64,000 nt of DNA from Xylographa opegraphella (lineage: Eukaryota). The stretch is taken from NCBI GenBank assembly GCA_022813865.1, contig JALDZX010000015.1, forward strand, positions 186,001 to 250,000, read 5' to 3'. Made by a program: the position numbers and the translations under genes. Of the stretch, positions 40,132 through 53,149 are shown one piece after another; the stretch's first letter is position 1, and each line of letters begins with the position of its first letter. The notes below the pieces were generated by a model. The model saw nothing but the letters and a program-made list of their open reading frames with translations, did not search any database and was not told the DNA's origin.

Positions 40132-40212
40132 GGTGGCATTATGGCATGCAGCGACAGGCAGGGGAGGGGGGCGGTGGCATTACGGCATGCAGCGACAGGC
40201 AGGGGAGGGGGG
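40132..40212. repeat. 41-bp tandem duplication, near identical
   Basis: GGTGGCATTA(T/C)GGCATGCAGCGACAGGCAGGGGAGGGGGG at 40132 and 40173. Confidence 0.95.
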
Positions 40213-41185
40213 AAAGGGTGGACGGAGGGCACGGCTTGCACTGCAAAGACCGGTCACGCGGGACTGGTACGACACACAGGACTCACCGCGGCCCAGGGGA
40301 AAAGAGGAGGGAAAATGCATGGAATGACTGGCTTGCAGAGAGAGACGAAAAGGCAGCGAGGGATTCAGGTGGTGACACGGAGGCTTGACGGACGCTGGCG
40401 CTCCGACGGCGCTGCCGAAAGAATGAAGAGGCACTGCGCATTAAGATACGTATATGAAGGAAGAGGAATCTCTCGTGTTGGAGAAGGAGCCGGTGCCGCG
40501 ACTGGGCCGAGGATGGGATGCTGCGATGGAAGAATAATACACGTTTGTAGACTGATCCATCGTTACCACGGCCTGATCAAGGATAACCTCCCCCTTTGCG
40601 ATAAAATGCCACTTCCTCCCTGTCGCTTGCCGACACTTGGTTCATGACGGTCCCGCACGGGCAACGGTGGCTTCAGGCGCGATGCGTCGAGAAGATGGCG
40701 GGCGTCTGAGGTGCGTTGCCCGTGCGGGTGCCACGCCCCTTCGGTGCCGATCGAACAGCTGCAGGAAGGCCGTCAGAGCAGTACTCGGATGGCAATGGTG
40801 GCGCCACTGAGGAGAGCGGCAGAGGAGGAGGTGGTGGTGGGTGAGCGACAGCGGTAGGCTCGAGGAAGTGAGGCAGACGGCCATCGCTTGCGTGGAAGCA
40901 GGCGGGAAAGTGATTCTTATTTCCCTTCCCTTTCGGCTTTTCTGCTTGGTGTAACACGAGTAAGCGCAGGCCGGACGTGTCACAGCCCCGACAGCAGCGA
41001 CAGCCGTTGCCGTGCTGCGTCTGCTCGGTCTCACTTACGCTTTGCGCCGTCCGGCCGGCACTTGCCTCTCGGAAGTCGAGCCGCACGCTGGCTGCTTGGA
41101 TCGGGTGCAGATGGCAGGAACAGGAACATTATCGATCATGAGCCTTCGAGGCGCAATCGTCATCGTCCACATCGTCATCGTACTT

Positions 41186-41218
<33 letters not shown>
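41186..41218. repeat. (GTC)11 microsatellite
   Basis: Read directly from the sequence. Confidence 0.95.
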
Positions 41219-41219
<1 letters not shown>

Positions 41220-43223
41220 GTATGCATGCAGCGACGAAGAACAAAGTTCGTGTTCTTGCCCGGCTCTGACGAAGTCGGGAAGATCTGGTCGAGTGATGAC
41301 TCGGAGGCACGGTTCGGCGGCGGTGAAGATGACTGAGCACCTCATCTATCGCGACCTTGATGATAAACCCCCACCGCACTCATGGCTGGTGGAAGACTTT
41401 GCTGAGCCTAATTAGAGTCGAGGGACCAACGGATGTTTCCAGCCTCGATTCCGCTAGAGAGGCCTTTAGTTGAAACGCACCTCATCTGGACGGGGCTTGC
41501 TGAGTGTTGGGTCGGCATGAATACTAAGCGTAAGACGAGCTCCTGTTTCTACTTCGGATGATATTTTTGATCACTGCTACCACTCCTCCTCCTCCTACTG
41601 TGACGACTACTTATGATTACTTCCGTACCTGGAACGTGGCTTAGCTGCCAAATGCTTGGCTGCCTTCGTCTCACGTCCAGGCGAGCCGTCGCGGCTGAGG
41701 CTGTTGACAGACCACCTTGTTCACTCCTTTGAAGATCTTCTGCATCATGTTGGAGCTTTTGTTGTCTCTCCAGCGTAAGGCCGGAGGATCTCCTCCTGGA
41801 TCCCGCAGAAGACATAGCAGTCTGGAGAGTCATCCTTCCGTGTGGCCATGTCTTCCGAGCGCTGCATTACCAACACTAGACTTCCCGCCTACCTCGGGGG
41901 CGTGTCCCGATTCACGGCCAACAGCCAGGGCAGCGAGTGTAATTGGAGTACCGAGGGGAATTACATCTGTGACGTCGACCGAGATGGGGATCAGGAACAT
42001 AGGCGCGGAAACAAAAGACGGGCTTTCATCGTGACAAATGACCGGCGTAATTCCTCATGAGCGCGTGAAGGCCACTGCCGTGAAACACACACACCGCACC
42101 TGTTCGTTTCTGACGTGTTTGCAGCCCTCTCGCACTCCCGGGCGTAAAAATAGTCGAGGCTCGTTGGCGGGCGATCGCGTACAGTACTGTTACGGTACTT
42201 GGTGCAAGAGTAGCAGTGGGGGGAAACTAAGCGTGAAGAAAAGCGGGCACAAGCGCCAATGAACGCGTGACCAATCAACGCGGGGCTTTCGGCAGTAAGC
42301 CTGTGACTGGCCATCGAGCATCACTTAGCGGCTCCATATCCCGGTCTGTCTGGGATGTGCCCCGCTGCCCTTTCGCCCCCCCCCTGCCCTAGCTCGTGAA
42401 GTTTTCCTCTACCACAGACTCACAGTATCTTTAGGTAACTTGTAAACTTCCCCGCCGCGTCTAGAGCCGGCCCTGAACGCCCACACCCTCGACTAGTGTC
42501 GCGAGATGCTCCGCGTCAGCCGCCCCCCTCCTTCCCCCCCCTTCCTCGCTCCATATGAGATGATGAGTGGAAGCAGGCTCAGCGAGTCGGTGTGTTCCTC
42601 GTCCGTAAGCCCTGTCGACCTAGATTCTATAACAAGTGGCCCGCCAGAAGAGAGGCCCCACACGCTACCATCATTAGACGCAGCCCCGAGATCATATAAC
42701 CGCACTGTCGGACCCTCTCTCATTCCCCAACATATTCAACACTACGACCACCTAGACCCCCTCCTCCACCCCCCCCCCCCCCCTAACACAGTCTTCCCTT
42801 TTTGCTGGGACTTTCCTCAAGCGCTGTTGCTCGTATCACTGGAGCACGAACGAAAAAGTATCGTCGCCCACTTAGCGCCCAGAACGTGGATTCTTACTTC
42901 CGGTCGTCTGATTGGTCCAAGGCCGTATACAGTTTCAGACCCTTCCGTCGTTTTAAAGCTACTTCACGTGCTCCCTTGCTCATTGCGCTTCCCTCCTTCA
43001 CATTCACCCTCAACATACCCTATTCACGCTCCTTCCCACTCTGTGCACCTGTCTGCTCCCGAGGAAGTCGGACAGCACCACCTAGGCGAGACGCGCTCTT
43101 GATCATTCACTGGGACACCCTCGTTCCCGAGCATCGAGGTGTCGTTTACCTTATATTAGACGCAGGCGCCTCCAAGTCCACTCATCATCTGTCACCTCTC
43201 TGCGCATTCCTCCTGACAGCCAG

Positions 43224-45450
43224 ATGGCTGCCGTCGCATCGAGTCAAATGCCCGAGGGCTTACGAGGACTCGATGAGCAGTTCTCCGATCCTGGGACAAC
43301 CTCACGCTTCACTGCTGTCAACGGCCGAGGCTCGCCCGCAACGACAGAGAGATCCGACCCCAGCCACGGCCACGACGACCAGCGAAACGGAGCTTCCAAC
43401 GGTCACGCTTCACCGGCCCAAGTCCACGATGTGATCATCGTCCAGCAATCTGTGCCATCCGCTCCCAAATCGACACTGGGACAAGCGTCACCGGTGGTAC
43501 GGGAACAGCCTGCTCCCTATAGCGCTCCACCCGCCCGCAGTGTTTCTCGAAGTCCTCCAAGTAGAAAACGGTCCTTTCCCGAGGCATTCGGGGACCCGAG
43601 TGTTGGCCACCTTTCTCCAGCCCACCATCGTACTCACACCGAAGCACCAGAGTACAACCGTGGCCCTCCAGGACCGTACTCCCATGCGGCGAGTAAGCTA
43701 CCACCGAGCCATGAAATCGACCCGACGCGACAGCAGCCTCCGCTCAGCAGCGACTATGATCCTCATGCTCATACTCGTCAGCCGTATTATACGCAGCCGC
43801 CTCGGGATGAGTCTGAAGTCAGACTTGCGGAAGCGCTGCAACGGGAAAACGGCAATGGAAGCCTGAATCGTGAGACTTTTGCCAGTCCGGAGGAAGATGA
43901 CCAACATCGTCAGCAGTACGGCGACTACTCTGGAGGTCGTCAGCCAATGTCGGACGCGGAGCGGAAGCGGCGGAAGCGAGTGTTCAGTAATCGTACGAAG
44001 ACTGGTTGCATGACATGTCGAAAGCGGAAGAAGAAGTGCGACGAATTGCACCCAGAATGTAGGTCATCACCCAGCGTACGGCATGGTCTGAAGAAGCGCC
44101 CTCGAAAAGGTGCGTATATGGAGAAGATATCGGAATGCTGATGCTAAACAGGCAACAATTGCCTTCGTGGCGGGTTCGTTTGCGAGGGCTACACTGCTCG
44201 AAATGCCTGGCAGAAACCAACGCCCACGAAGCAACCAATTCCCTTGCAGTCCAAAAATGGCTATGGTACCCCGGGACCGCATGACTCGGGAGTACACTAC
44301 AACGACCCCGGAAACCATTACAGTGAAGTAAGTTCCGACTATGGCGCCACCTCGAGAATGAGTGGTGCACCGCCTCCAAACCATGGTTCGGAGCACAAGC
44401 CCATCATGGTGGACGAAGAACGACGGGAGATTTCTCACTTGGCAAGCCCACCAGCTGATGCGCGGATCCAGAACAACTGGTCAAGAGACTCCAGGCAGTA
44501 CTCGAGTCATCAAGCACCGCCTCGATATCAAGAAACGGACCGTTCGTCGGCCGTTCACGATATGCCGCATGAGGTACCCGATCAGGTGAACCCGTACCAC
44601 ACTACACCACCGCACCCATCTCATGCTGCTCAACCGAGCCGTACCACGACATCAAGCTCCCAGAGCGCGCCAGCTGTAGCGCAAGCGGCACTTCAGAATC
44701 CCATCCTGACTCAGCGTCCCGCTCCACACTTCCGCGTCGAGCTAACCGAGCGCGAAAAGATGCTGCGCGGCGAATACTATCTCCCGTACACGCCTGCGCT
44801 AATGGCGGATCGAGAGCAATGCGCTGCAGCTGTATGGCGCTTCAACAATTCGACCAACCCGACCAACGGAAACACTCCTGAGGAGCGCCTCCGCTTCTTC
44901 AAGGCCATCCTGAGCCTCCGTCCTTCGTCAGAACCGCTACCGCCAACCGCCGAAGGTCGTGACCAGGACCCCGCTTATCTGCCGGTCGGAAGCGTCGGTC
45001 CAGATGTGGTCGTCGAGGCTCCGTTTCATTGCGATTACGGATACAACATCAACATCGGTGCGAATGTCATTATCGGGCCCGACTGTCGCATCACCGATAC
45101 GTGTGCCGTGACCATCGGGAGCAACGTAGTCTTCAGTCCGGGCGTCAAGCTGGTGTGCGCGACATATGGCATCGATCCTCGCGAGCGGCGCAAGGGCAAG
45201 GGAAGAGCCTTGGGGAGGAACATCATCATCGAAGACGACAGCTGGATCGGCAGCAACGTAACCATTCTACCCGGTGTTCGAGTCGGGCGCTCCAGTACTG
45301 TTGGGGCTGGAAGTTTGATCTGCAAGGTAGGCCGATTGCGATCTGCTCATCGTGGCGACACTAACCACATGCCCCCAGGACGTTCCTCCTTACACTGTTG
45401 TCGCCGGTAATCCTCAGAAGGTCGTTCGCGGCATCTATGACGGGAATTGA
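43224..45450 (+). CDS. Zn(II)2Cys6 transcription factor fused to a maltose/galactoside acetyltransferase-like (Mac + hexapeptide LbH) domain
   Basis: RTKTGCMTCRKRKKKCDELHPEC|NNCLRGGFVCEGY; TEREKMLRGEYY, VEAPFHCDYGYNI, WIGSNVTILPGV.VG..STVGAGS, K|DVPPYTVVAGNP. Introns 44059-44151 and 45327-45378. A possible upstream exon lies at 42506-42604. Confidence 0.92.
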
Positions 45451-46043
45451 ACGCTTCTGGCTCAGCAGAGCGACGGAACCGGCTTCGAGCTTGCTGTTTA
45501 CCGGTTTTTCCCTGTTTTGGCGGCATGTGCCGGACTGCATACGCAGGCGCTTTGGGGGCTGACGTTTACGGTTCACCACGAATGGTCTCTGCTTTTGGGC
45601 CGGACCATGGATACCTTGCTTGCTCTTTTGCCTCTGCTTGGGGGGCTGCGGCCTGGAGATACGGGGCTTGACAGTGGGCGCGTGGAGGTGCTGCTACTGT
45701 TCTACTGTATATTTATAACGCGGGGGCCGGATGGCTTTGGTGTTTCCCGTCTGTGGTAACCGGCATCCGCAGACGCGGACTTTGTATGTAGCACATTTTG
45801 ACACTACCTTAGGGACTTTATGTGGCATATTTGACACTAGGGATACACGTGTGCGTGACCGTGCACAATGGCTGTAGCATATGTGGGTGTCGTGATTGAG
45901 CCGCGGTGCAGGGACTCCTGCGTCTGGCCTCTTCGCCCGCTGCGATGCTATGGCATAGCCGTGTATCATGCATACCATATCATCCATACCGTACCTTATC
46001 ATCCACACCACCCCCCACCCCTCCCCAAAACCCACCCATCCCC

Positions 46044-47425
46044 CTACCCCCCCTCCACCCCCCCCGCCGTCTCCTCCAACCCCCTCAACAACCCTTCCAC
46101 ATCCCCCGGCCCACTAAGCCCCCACACCCCCCTCCCCCTTCCCCGCACCTCCTTCCCCACCAAATTCCGCCCCACCACCCCGGGCCCCACACCCACCCAC
46201 CGCCTCACGCCCGCCTCCCCCTCCAACCAGCCAATACTCTCCCCCCATCTCACCGTGTGCACACACCCCCCCGCCACTAGATCCAGCAGCTCAGCCGCGC
46301 AGCGCGCCGGGCGCGCGCTCACGTTGCTCACGAGCGGGAAGCGGCCTGGCCAGTGCATCGGAGCCGCGCCGTCGTGGAGGAGGAGGCGGCGCGTCAGCGT
46401 TGCGGCGGGCGCCATGACGGGGCTGTGGAAGGGCGCGTCGGCGCGCAGCCGCACGGCGCGCGGGTCGTGGCCCGCGAATTGGCGCAGTTGCAGCAGCAGC
46501 AAGTGGATCTGGGCGATGTCGCCTGAGAGCACGAGTTGGGAGCGGGCGTTGAGGTTCGCGAGCGTGACGGAGTGGATGGGTGGGCTGGAGGCGCGGAGGT
46601 CCTCGCCGGAGGAGGAGGAGGAAGGGGAGGGGGAAGAGGCGACGCCGCGGGGGAGCAGGAAGGCCTCGATGGTCGCGAGCAGGGAGGCCTGCTGCGCCGG
46701 CTCGCAGATCAGCGCTACCATGCCGTAGACGGCGCCCGTGGCCGCGCTCGCGGCCACGGTGCAGCGGGCCATTTCGAGGGCGCGCTGGTGGCAGATGTGC
46801 AGAGCGGTCGGGTAGGGGAGATAGGCGCCCGCGACGAGGGCGGCGAATTCGCCGAGGGAGTGGCCGCTGCGAATAGGTGGGGGGGGGCGCCGGTTAGCTG
46901 GAGCGGGGGGAAGTTGGGGGAGGGGAAAGGGACGCACAGGGTGAAGTCGAAGTGGTCCGCGAGCCGGACGCCAAAGTCCTGCTCCAGCACGCGCAGGATC
47001 ATCACCGACGTGGCCATGATGGCCGGTTGGGCGTGCGCGGTGCGCATCAGAGCCGTCGAGGGCCCGTCTGCTATTAGTGTCGAGAGGGGGGGACTCAGCT
47101 GCAGGATCGAGTCCGTGAGCTGGAGGTGTGCGGTGCAGGTGCGCGGGAAGGCTGCGAGCCAGGGGGCTGTCATGCCGGTGCGTTGGACGCCTTGGCCTGT
47201 GTAGGGGGAGGGGGGGGTTAGTGGAGGTGGAGAGGGAGAGTGGCGACGGGGGTGATGGAACGCACCGGGGAAGAAGAGCGCAGTCTTGGGCGCGCGGCGG
47301 GGCGGGGCGGAGTGCATGCCTGCGGAGGGGGAGGAGCGCTGGTTCGGGTATCGGTGATGGGGGCACGGCGGCGGCAGCAGCAGCAGCGGCCTTGGGGCAG
47401 CGGGCAAGGGGCGCGCGGGTCGCAT
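46044..47425 (-). CDS. MCT1: Malonyl-CoA:ACP transacylase (mitochondrial FAS II, FabD/Mct1-like), 3 exons
   Basis: KTALFFP|GQGVQR.GM, AQPAIMATS, GHSLGEF active site, AN.N..SQLVLSG, APFHSPVM, TVRWGESI, VGPG.VG.NL. Confidence 0.9.
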
Positions 47426-47436
47426 TGGAGGCGAGT

Positions 47437-47469
47437 GTGGTGGTGGTGGTGGTGGTGGTGGTGGTGGTG
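47437..47469. repeat. (GTG)11 microsatellite immediately upstream of the MCT1 start
   Basis: Read directly from the sequence. Confidence 0.9.
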
Positions 47470-47996
47470 AACTAGCCTGGGAGGCGGTCGTGGGCTTCGC
47501 ATCCCGTCCGGAGAGAGCTTATGGGTCGCGCGTCGTGCTGCTGCTGCTTCTCATCGTGTGTGCGGAAGCTGCGGTTTGGTGGGTTGCGGTGGTGGTGGGG
47601 CGGGACGCGCTTGCGATTGTGCGGACTGCGCGCGCGAATCTGGAGGTGCGCGGGTTGCGGCTCGGGGGTCGGGTTAGGATTTGCGAGTGTGGGTTTTGCA
47701 TGGCGCTGGGTTTTTTGGAATGTATTTGCACTTGCGATTGGATGCTCGTTCTACGATATCTTTCACGTACATCAGAGCAATGAGAATAGAGCAGTAATGG
47801 TTGTGCAGTCAAAACTTCACGCACGGGGGAGGTGTACTCGAATCTGTCATATTCACATCTTCGATTCTGCTGTCTAATGATTCTAGTCCTTGGCTCTGGC
47901 CAGACATAATACCTGCGCCACTGAAACATGCCCGCTTGTGAAATAGTAAATCTGTACAAAGAATGAACATCCCGCGTCATTGCCTGCTCCATCCGC

Positions 47997-48832
47997 TCAC
48001 TTCCTATACCACATGCGTGTGATCCTGGTGTGCCTCATCTTCTTCTGCAACTGGAATATCCCGTACATCAGCGCCTCGCTTGTCGGGGGACAGCCAGGAA
48101 CGTAGATATCCACCGGCACGATTCTGTCACACCCTCTCGTAACGCTGTAGCTGTAATGGTAATATCCACCTCCATTGGCACAGCTCCCCATGCTTATGAC
48201 CCATCGAGGCTCTGGCATCTGGTCGTACACTTGACGTAGGGCGGGTGCCATTTTGTTGGTTAGAGTGCCGGCAACTATCATGACGTCGGACTGACGAGGC
48301 GAGGCACGGAAGATTATTCCTAGGCGATCTTGATCATAGCGAGGAGTGGATAGATGCATCATTTCAATGGCGCAGCAGGCGAGTCCGAAGGTCATGGGCC
48401 AGAGAGAGCCTTGGCGAGCCCAATTGGCGACTTGATCCATTGTGGTCCTGAGTAAGGATGGTTAGCAAGCGCAAGGGCAAGTTCTAAAGTCAGAGCTCCA
48501 CTACGATTTCAAACTGAAAAGAGGAGGAATATAACTTACAGTGCGTACTGCATCACACCCTCCTTCTTCTCTTGGCTGGGCAGAGCCACCTCTCGCCGCG
48601 GTTTGCCCGTGACGCTGAGTGGCGGTCCATCGACATCTCGGTGTGGTTGAATTGCTGTGGCAGGTTTTGCAGAAGACGATGAAATAAAGGCTGTAGGTGC
48701 AATACGGAGAGGGAAGAGTGCAGAGGATGGTTTGGCTGTAAGATTATTAGAGGTCGTGGCAAAGTTAATGATGCGTAAGTGGTACTGACCTCGTAGTGCC
48801 AGCGCGGCCGTAGATCTAGTAGAAGAAAACAT
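47997..48832 (-). CDS. NDUFS7: NADH:ubiquinone oxidoreductase PSST/20-kDa subunit (NDUFS7/NuoB), 3 exons
   Basis: [53 protein letters not shown]; mitochondrial presequence. Confidence 0.97.
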
Positions 48833-49002
48833 GGCTAGTCAAAGCACAAACACAAAAGAAAGAGAAGTTTGGACCGTTATCGAAGGATCGGGAGGAGGCT
48901 TATGCTGCTTGCAACAATCGAGGCGATTATATGGTGGTGATGTGATAGATCAGATCGAATGCGGCTAGACGGCACAACGTTGATCCGCCCCCCTCCACGA
49001 AC

Positions 49003-49386
49003 TTAGTTGCTGTGCCTCCTGGGACAAGCCTGTTGTTTCTCTCTCTCAAATTCTTTTAGTGTGGAGTCGGAGAGCAATTTTCTCGACCGTTTGTTTCTCT
49101 TCATCAATCCTATCAATGCGTTGCCAAATGTGGCCTCTGGAATATCTTCTGCTCGTTGTGACTGCTTGGGCGAAAGTGGAAAAGAAGAAGTTGGCGAAGT
49201 GGGATATTTATTGAATATGTCTGGCAACGATCGCCTCTTCAGGTTTGTAGCTCTCTTGATGGATTCCCACAAGCCGAACACCGGCTGGCTCTTTTCGTTT
49301 CTGGTGGACGAACCTGTGCTTTCTGAGGAGCTGTGTTTATTGCCCTCGTCTTGAGTTGTGGAGGGCGTAACGTCAAGCTTTGTCAT
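49003..49386 (-). CDS. Possible orphan 127-aa protein
   Basis: ATG-initiated ORF with protein-like Ser/Lys-rich composition but no recognised domain. It ends only about 170 nt upstream of the PSST start. Confidence 0.3.
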   Translation of the reverse strand: MTKLDVTPSTTQDEGNKHSSSESTGSSTRNEKSQPVFGLWESIKRATNLKRRSLPDIFNKYPTSPTSSFPLSPKQSQRAEDIPEATFGNALIGLMKRNKRSRKLLSDSTLKEFEREKQQACPRRHSN

Positions 49387-49795
49387 AGTTACAAAGATAA
49401 GTTTATTGTGCTGGTCATATCATGCTGTAAATCGATATCTTTCCCAATGAGATAATTTATTCCAGATGAGGATGAATACAGATTATGCCATTGAAGTTGC
49501 GGACTATGCGCTTGCGTTCACAGCTACTGCGGTTTCCTAATTATATTTTTGAGCTTCGTTCCTTCCTGGAGATGAGAAGCGGCAATATATATCTAGCTTA
49601 TTTACCATCCAAGTTCACAACATTGGCTCTCTTCTTCTCCCATTCACATCGATTACCAGCATTACACGGCATCAGATCCTCTCCACTCTTTCAATTACAT
49701 GATTTGACGCTATTGTGCCTTACTACGGGCGTGTCTACAGTTCGACCTCCGCTCATCATTGCGTGGTGATCCCTTACTATTTTTAATCTGTCGAC

Positions 49796-50889
49796 ATGGC
49801 GGATATTGGAGAGATTCTTGGCGTGCAGATGGCACTGATGATTGTAGCCTTGACTGCTGGCAACGTTCGCCTATACAAGACCCATATCGGAACGCAATGG
49901 TCTTGGGGCTGGAGCAGCAGATTCATGCTCCTGGTAGCGATGGTACTTGAGGCTCTCTGTTAGCACATTACTGCACTTGGCTAATTGATCTCTTTAGGGG
50001 TTAGTGTCCGCCCACATAATTCTGACGCTTGTATACCTGCACACTCTCACACATACAGTAAGCCATTGGCATGAGACTGCTCAGGGTACCATACTAACTA
50101 TTCATCCAAGATTGTGATTCCCAGAACGATTCTTGATACCATAGCCGTATTTGCCATTCAACTTTCAGTCTTGTTGTACTTCCTCGAGCTCTCTCCATCA
50201 AGAACTACCAGAAGGTGGCTGCTCTTTCTATTTATGTACTGGAACGTCTGTAGCGCCGCATGGCTTGTCTACTTAGCCATCTGGTTTCCACGATGTTGGC
50301 CGTTCTGGGACAGCTGCGAGGAGTCGATTGGGAAATCAATGCTAGCACTCACTTGTATACACACAGTCGCCTACATTGCACTTTTCATCGCAGCTCGCTC
50401 CACGATTCTGAAGTCTGGATGCTTTGTTCGCCCCAAGAGACCCGTTCTCTACGCTTCGTTGTTCTGTTTAATGTCAGTTCACCCGCACCAGAATCGTTCC
50501 GAGCTAACTTAGACATCAGTCCATGCCTCTGCATTTTGTCGAGAGGCATACTTCTTTACGTTGTTCTCAGTGATATCAGATGGTGGATAAGACTAGACGA
50601 TCTTGAGCTCGCTGAGATTGCATCAGCAATCTTCTTCGCCTCTCTGTTGCAACTCGAGCCGTTGGCTGAAAAGCTACCTCTTGAACCTGTGCAGTCTATG
50701 GAAGAGCCAAATATGGGTGCGCCACCTCCTTATACAGGGATGAGGTACGCTGCACCAATTGGTGATGCTCTCCAACCTCAATCTGCTGCTCAGCCTCAAC
50801 CTGTAATCAAGCCTCAGCCGACCACATACAACTATAATGCTCAACCAGCGGTGACGTTGAATCCTCTTTTGCGGACCGCAGGTCTATAG
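49796..50889 (+). CDS. Multi-pass (about 7 TM) membrane protein, Pth11/rhodopsin-like GPCR candidate, 4 exons
   Basis: Three canonical introns give a continuous frame: MADIGEILGVQMALMIVAL..VRLY...|GLVSAH...|IVIPR..FAIQLSVLLYFLEL...C..FW..C...ELAEIASAIFFASL, followed by a Pro/Gln-rich tail. Confidence 0.7.
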
Positions 50890-52302
50890 AGTAGAACTTG
50901 GAGATTTTGGGTATGGCTATCTAACAAAGTGGGATACCGAAGTATACGAGAACAAGATGGATCCTCAATTCGGTGTCTGGTGTCGAAGCATTGCTTCGTT
51001 TACTCCTTCGTCTGCTACATGTATAATGTGAGAAGGTCAAGTTCGAACCGATATGATCGTGTCCTGATGGGTATGCGGAAAGTGTAGGAACAAACAGGGT
51101 AGTGGGCAGATCCTTTGCCTTTGTCGCATCGGGCAGAGCTGCCATCCGTGCATGGTCGTTACAGGAACTTTTGGAACTTTTGTATTTCTAGCTTTCAGTC
51201 CTTCTCTGTTGCATTGTCTTGTGGACGCTCTTTACTTCGATTTGGTAGACCCTTGATGCAGAAGCTATACGTACCAATACTCGGGCGGCTCAATCCTGAT
51301 TTCTATCAATACCAGAAAACCAAGGCTCCCACATTCATTTCTCCAAGGCTTCGAGGTGAATACCCGGATGAAGTATTTCTTCAACAACTTGGAGTGATAA
51401 TGGTTCTCGAGATGCTTGAAAGTCGTGTCTGAAGCGCTTTTCCCTTGGTCTCGACAAGGGCGGGCCTATAGATAGAATTTTTGAGGCTATGGTTAAAGCC
51501 GAAAGAAGTGAAGAAGACTTATATTTAGAAGAGGGAGAAGCTAGAAAACAGTAAGGATAGAATGTAAGCAAAATAACTCGCCGGTATACATATGACTTTC
51601 CAATGCGTTCTATGGCAATAATTTGCCTTGTCGCCTCAAACCTTACAATTCTCAGTGCTTCAAGTCAACTAACGACAGAGATTTGTCAATATACACATCC
51701 TTGGAAAATCTTGTGGGGAATGCCAATCCACGAGCTACTTCTTGCTACTTCTTGCCATCACACGTTATACTGCTTGGGCTTACAGCAGCCAAGGGGGTCT
51801 GACAAGATTCGTCACCTTGCACATACATCATATTGTGCTTCTGGTATTCATTCAGAAGCCGCTTGAGTTGGGTGCTTGCACGCCAATGGAACCATGCTGA
51901 AGCTTGAGGTTCAGTTGTTTCACGCCATCTGCTTATCACGGATGGTATAAACCTGATATTTAGCATGAATAGTGCACTTCTTAGCATTATAGAAAGACAA
52001 AAATGCGGGAAACCTTTGGATAGCAAAGCTTGATGAGACGTGACAACTTGCAACCCGCTGCCGTATAACATGATATATCCGAATGTGAAAAGTGCTCTGA
52101 AGGTCAGAAGATAGTGCACTCAAGCTCAAAGCCTCGCTCATACTGCTTTGGGCAAAATAACTTTGAAAGGTACCTACCTTAGGTAAGGTATCTAGCGTTG
52201 ACTAGGAGTGACACTTAGGGTTTAGCTCGTGATGTCGCATATCATCGTCTGGATCTTGCTCCAAGTTGAATATGGTCATAACAGGAACGTGTATCTCTCA
52301 GC

Positions 52303-52961
52303 ATGGCTGCCGCTGTTCCATCCATCGCGTGCATTGGGGTGATTGGCAAACATGTACCTCAACCCCTCATTTACCCACTTACCGTCGACTGTACCGTCAA
52401 CTGGTAGATCATGAAGCTGATGTGTATCCCAGGATAACCCGCTCCACATTTCTCTCTTTCCACCTCACAGCTCTACGCCCGGCGCTTACTTGGAGTTCTC
52501 GTTCCTTCTCAACTCTTCCTTAGATATCTTCGACCTCCGGCGCCGAGACAAGAACCGCGTCGACCAGGATCTGGGTCTCCTACACGCTATCGATGAGAGG
52601 TTGAGTGTCTGGGGTTGGGAAACTGGCACGGGGACCAGATTTACGATCGTGCTAGATGTGTGGGGTAGAGAAGGCATCGAAGGTGGAAGGGGTGTGGGCG
52701 AGACGGAGCTGAGAGGCGTGAGTGTGGAGCCCTTTCAGAAAGCTATGCTGTGGCCAGCTGACATGGTGGATCTAGGCTTTCCGTGCACTACAAACAGCAT
52801 ACATTCGGTTACTGCAGAACCCTTTCTATGTCCCAGACGAACACACACCTATGGCCGCCAGGGAGGGAAGGGGTAAAGGTAGTCAAATTACAAGTCGAAA
52901 GTTCATCGAAGAAGTGGAGAGGATTGGAATGGTATGGAGGCCAGGGATGAGCAACGTGTGA
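52303..52961 (+). CDS. TRAPP subunit sedlin-like TRAPPC2L/Tca17, 3 exons
   Basis: IACIGVIGK|DNPLHI...FSFLLNSSLDIFD...DLGLLHAIDERLSVWGWETGTG.RF...|AFRALQTAYIRLLQNPFY.PD...ITSRKF. Confidence 0.9.
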
Positions 52962-53149
52962 TACGAGTCAATTGGAGTGGTCAAGTTGGCCGAGTATACG
53001 ATATATGTCGACGAAGATGTTCAGAAAGATGACAACTACGTACAACAGAGTCTGGTCTGAATGGGTCTGATGAAATTCTCCTCTCGTTCCGGAGAGCCCA
53101 GTACAAGATTAGCCGAGTGGACTACATCAAGACCACTGGAACGTCACCC

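Noticed and set aside
36000..42400. Many 70-215 aa ORFs in the long intergenic region, including 41549-41833 (-)
   Set aside because: No recognisable domains or consistent splice structure. They are explained by composition skew and repeats.
47218..47502. Poly-His ORF (HHHHHHHHHHH)
   Set aside because: It is a translation of the (GTG)11 microsatellite and is out of frame with MCT1.
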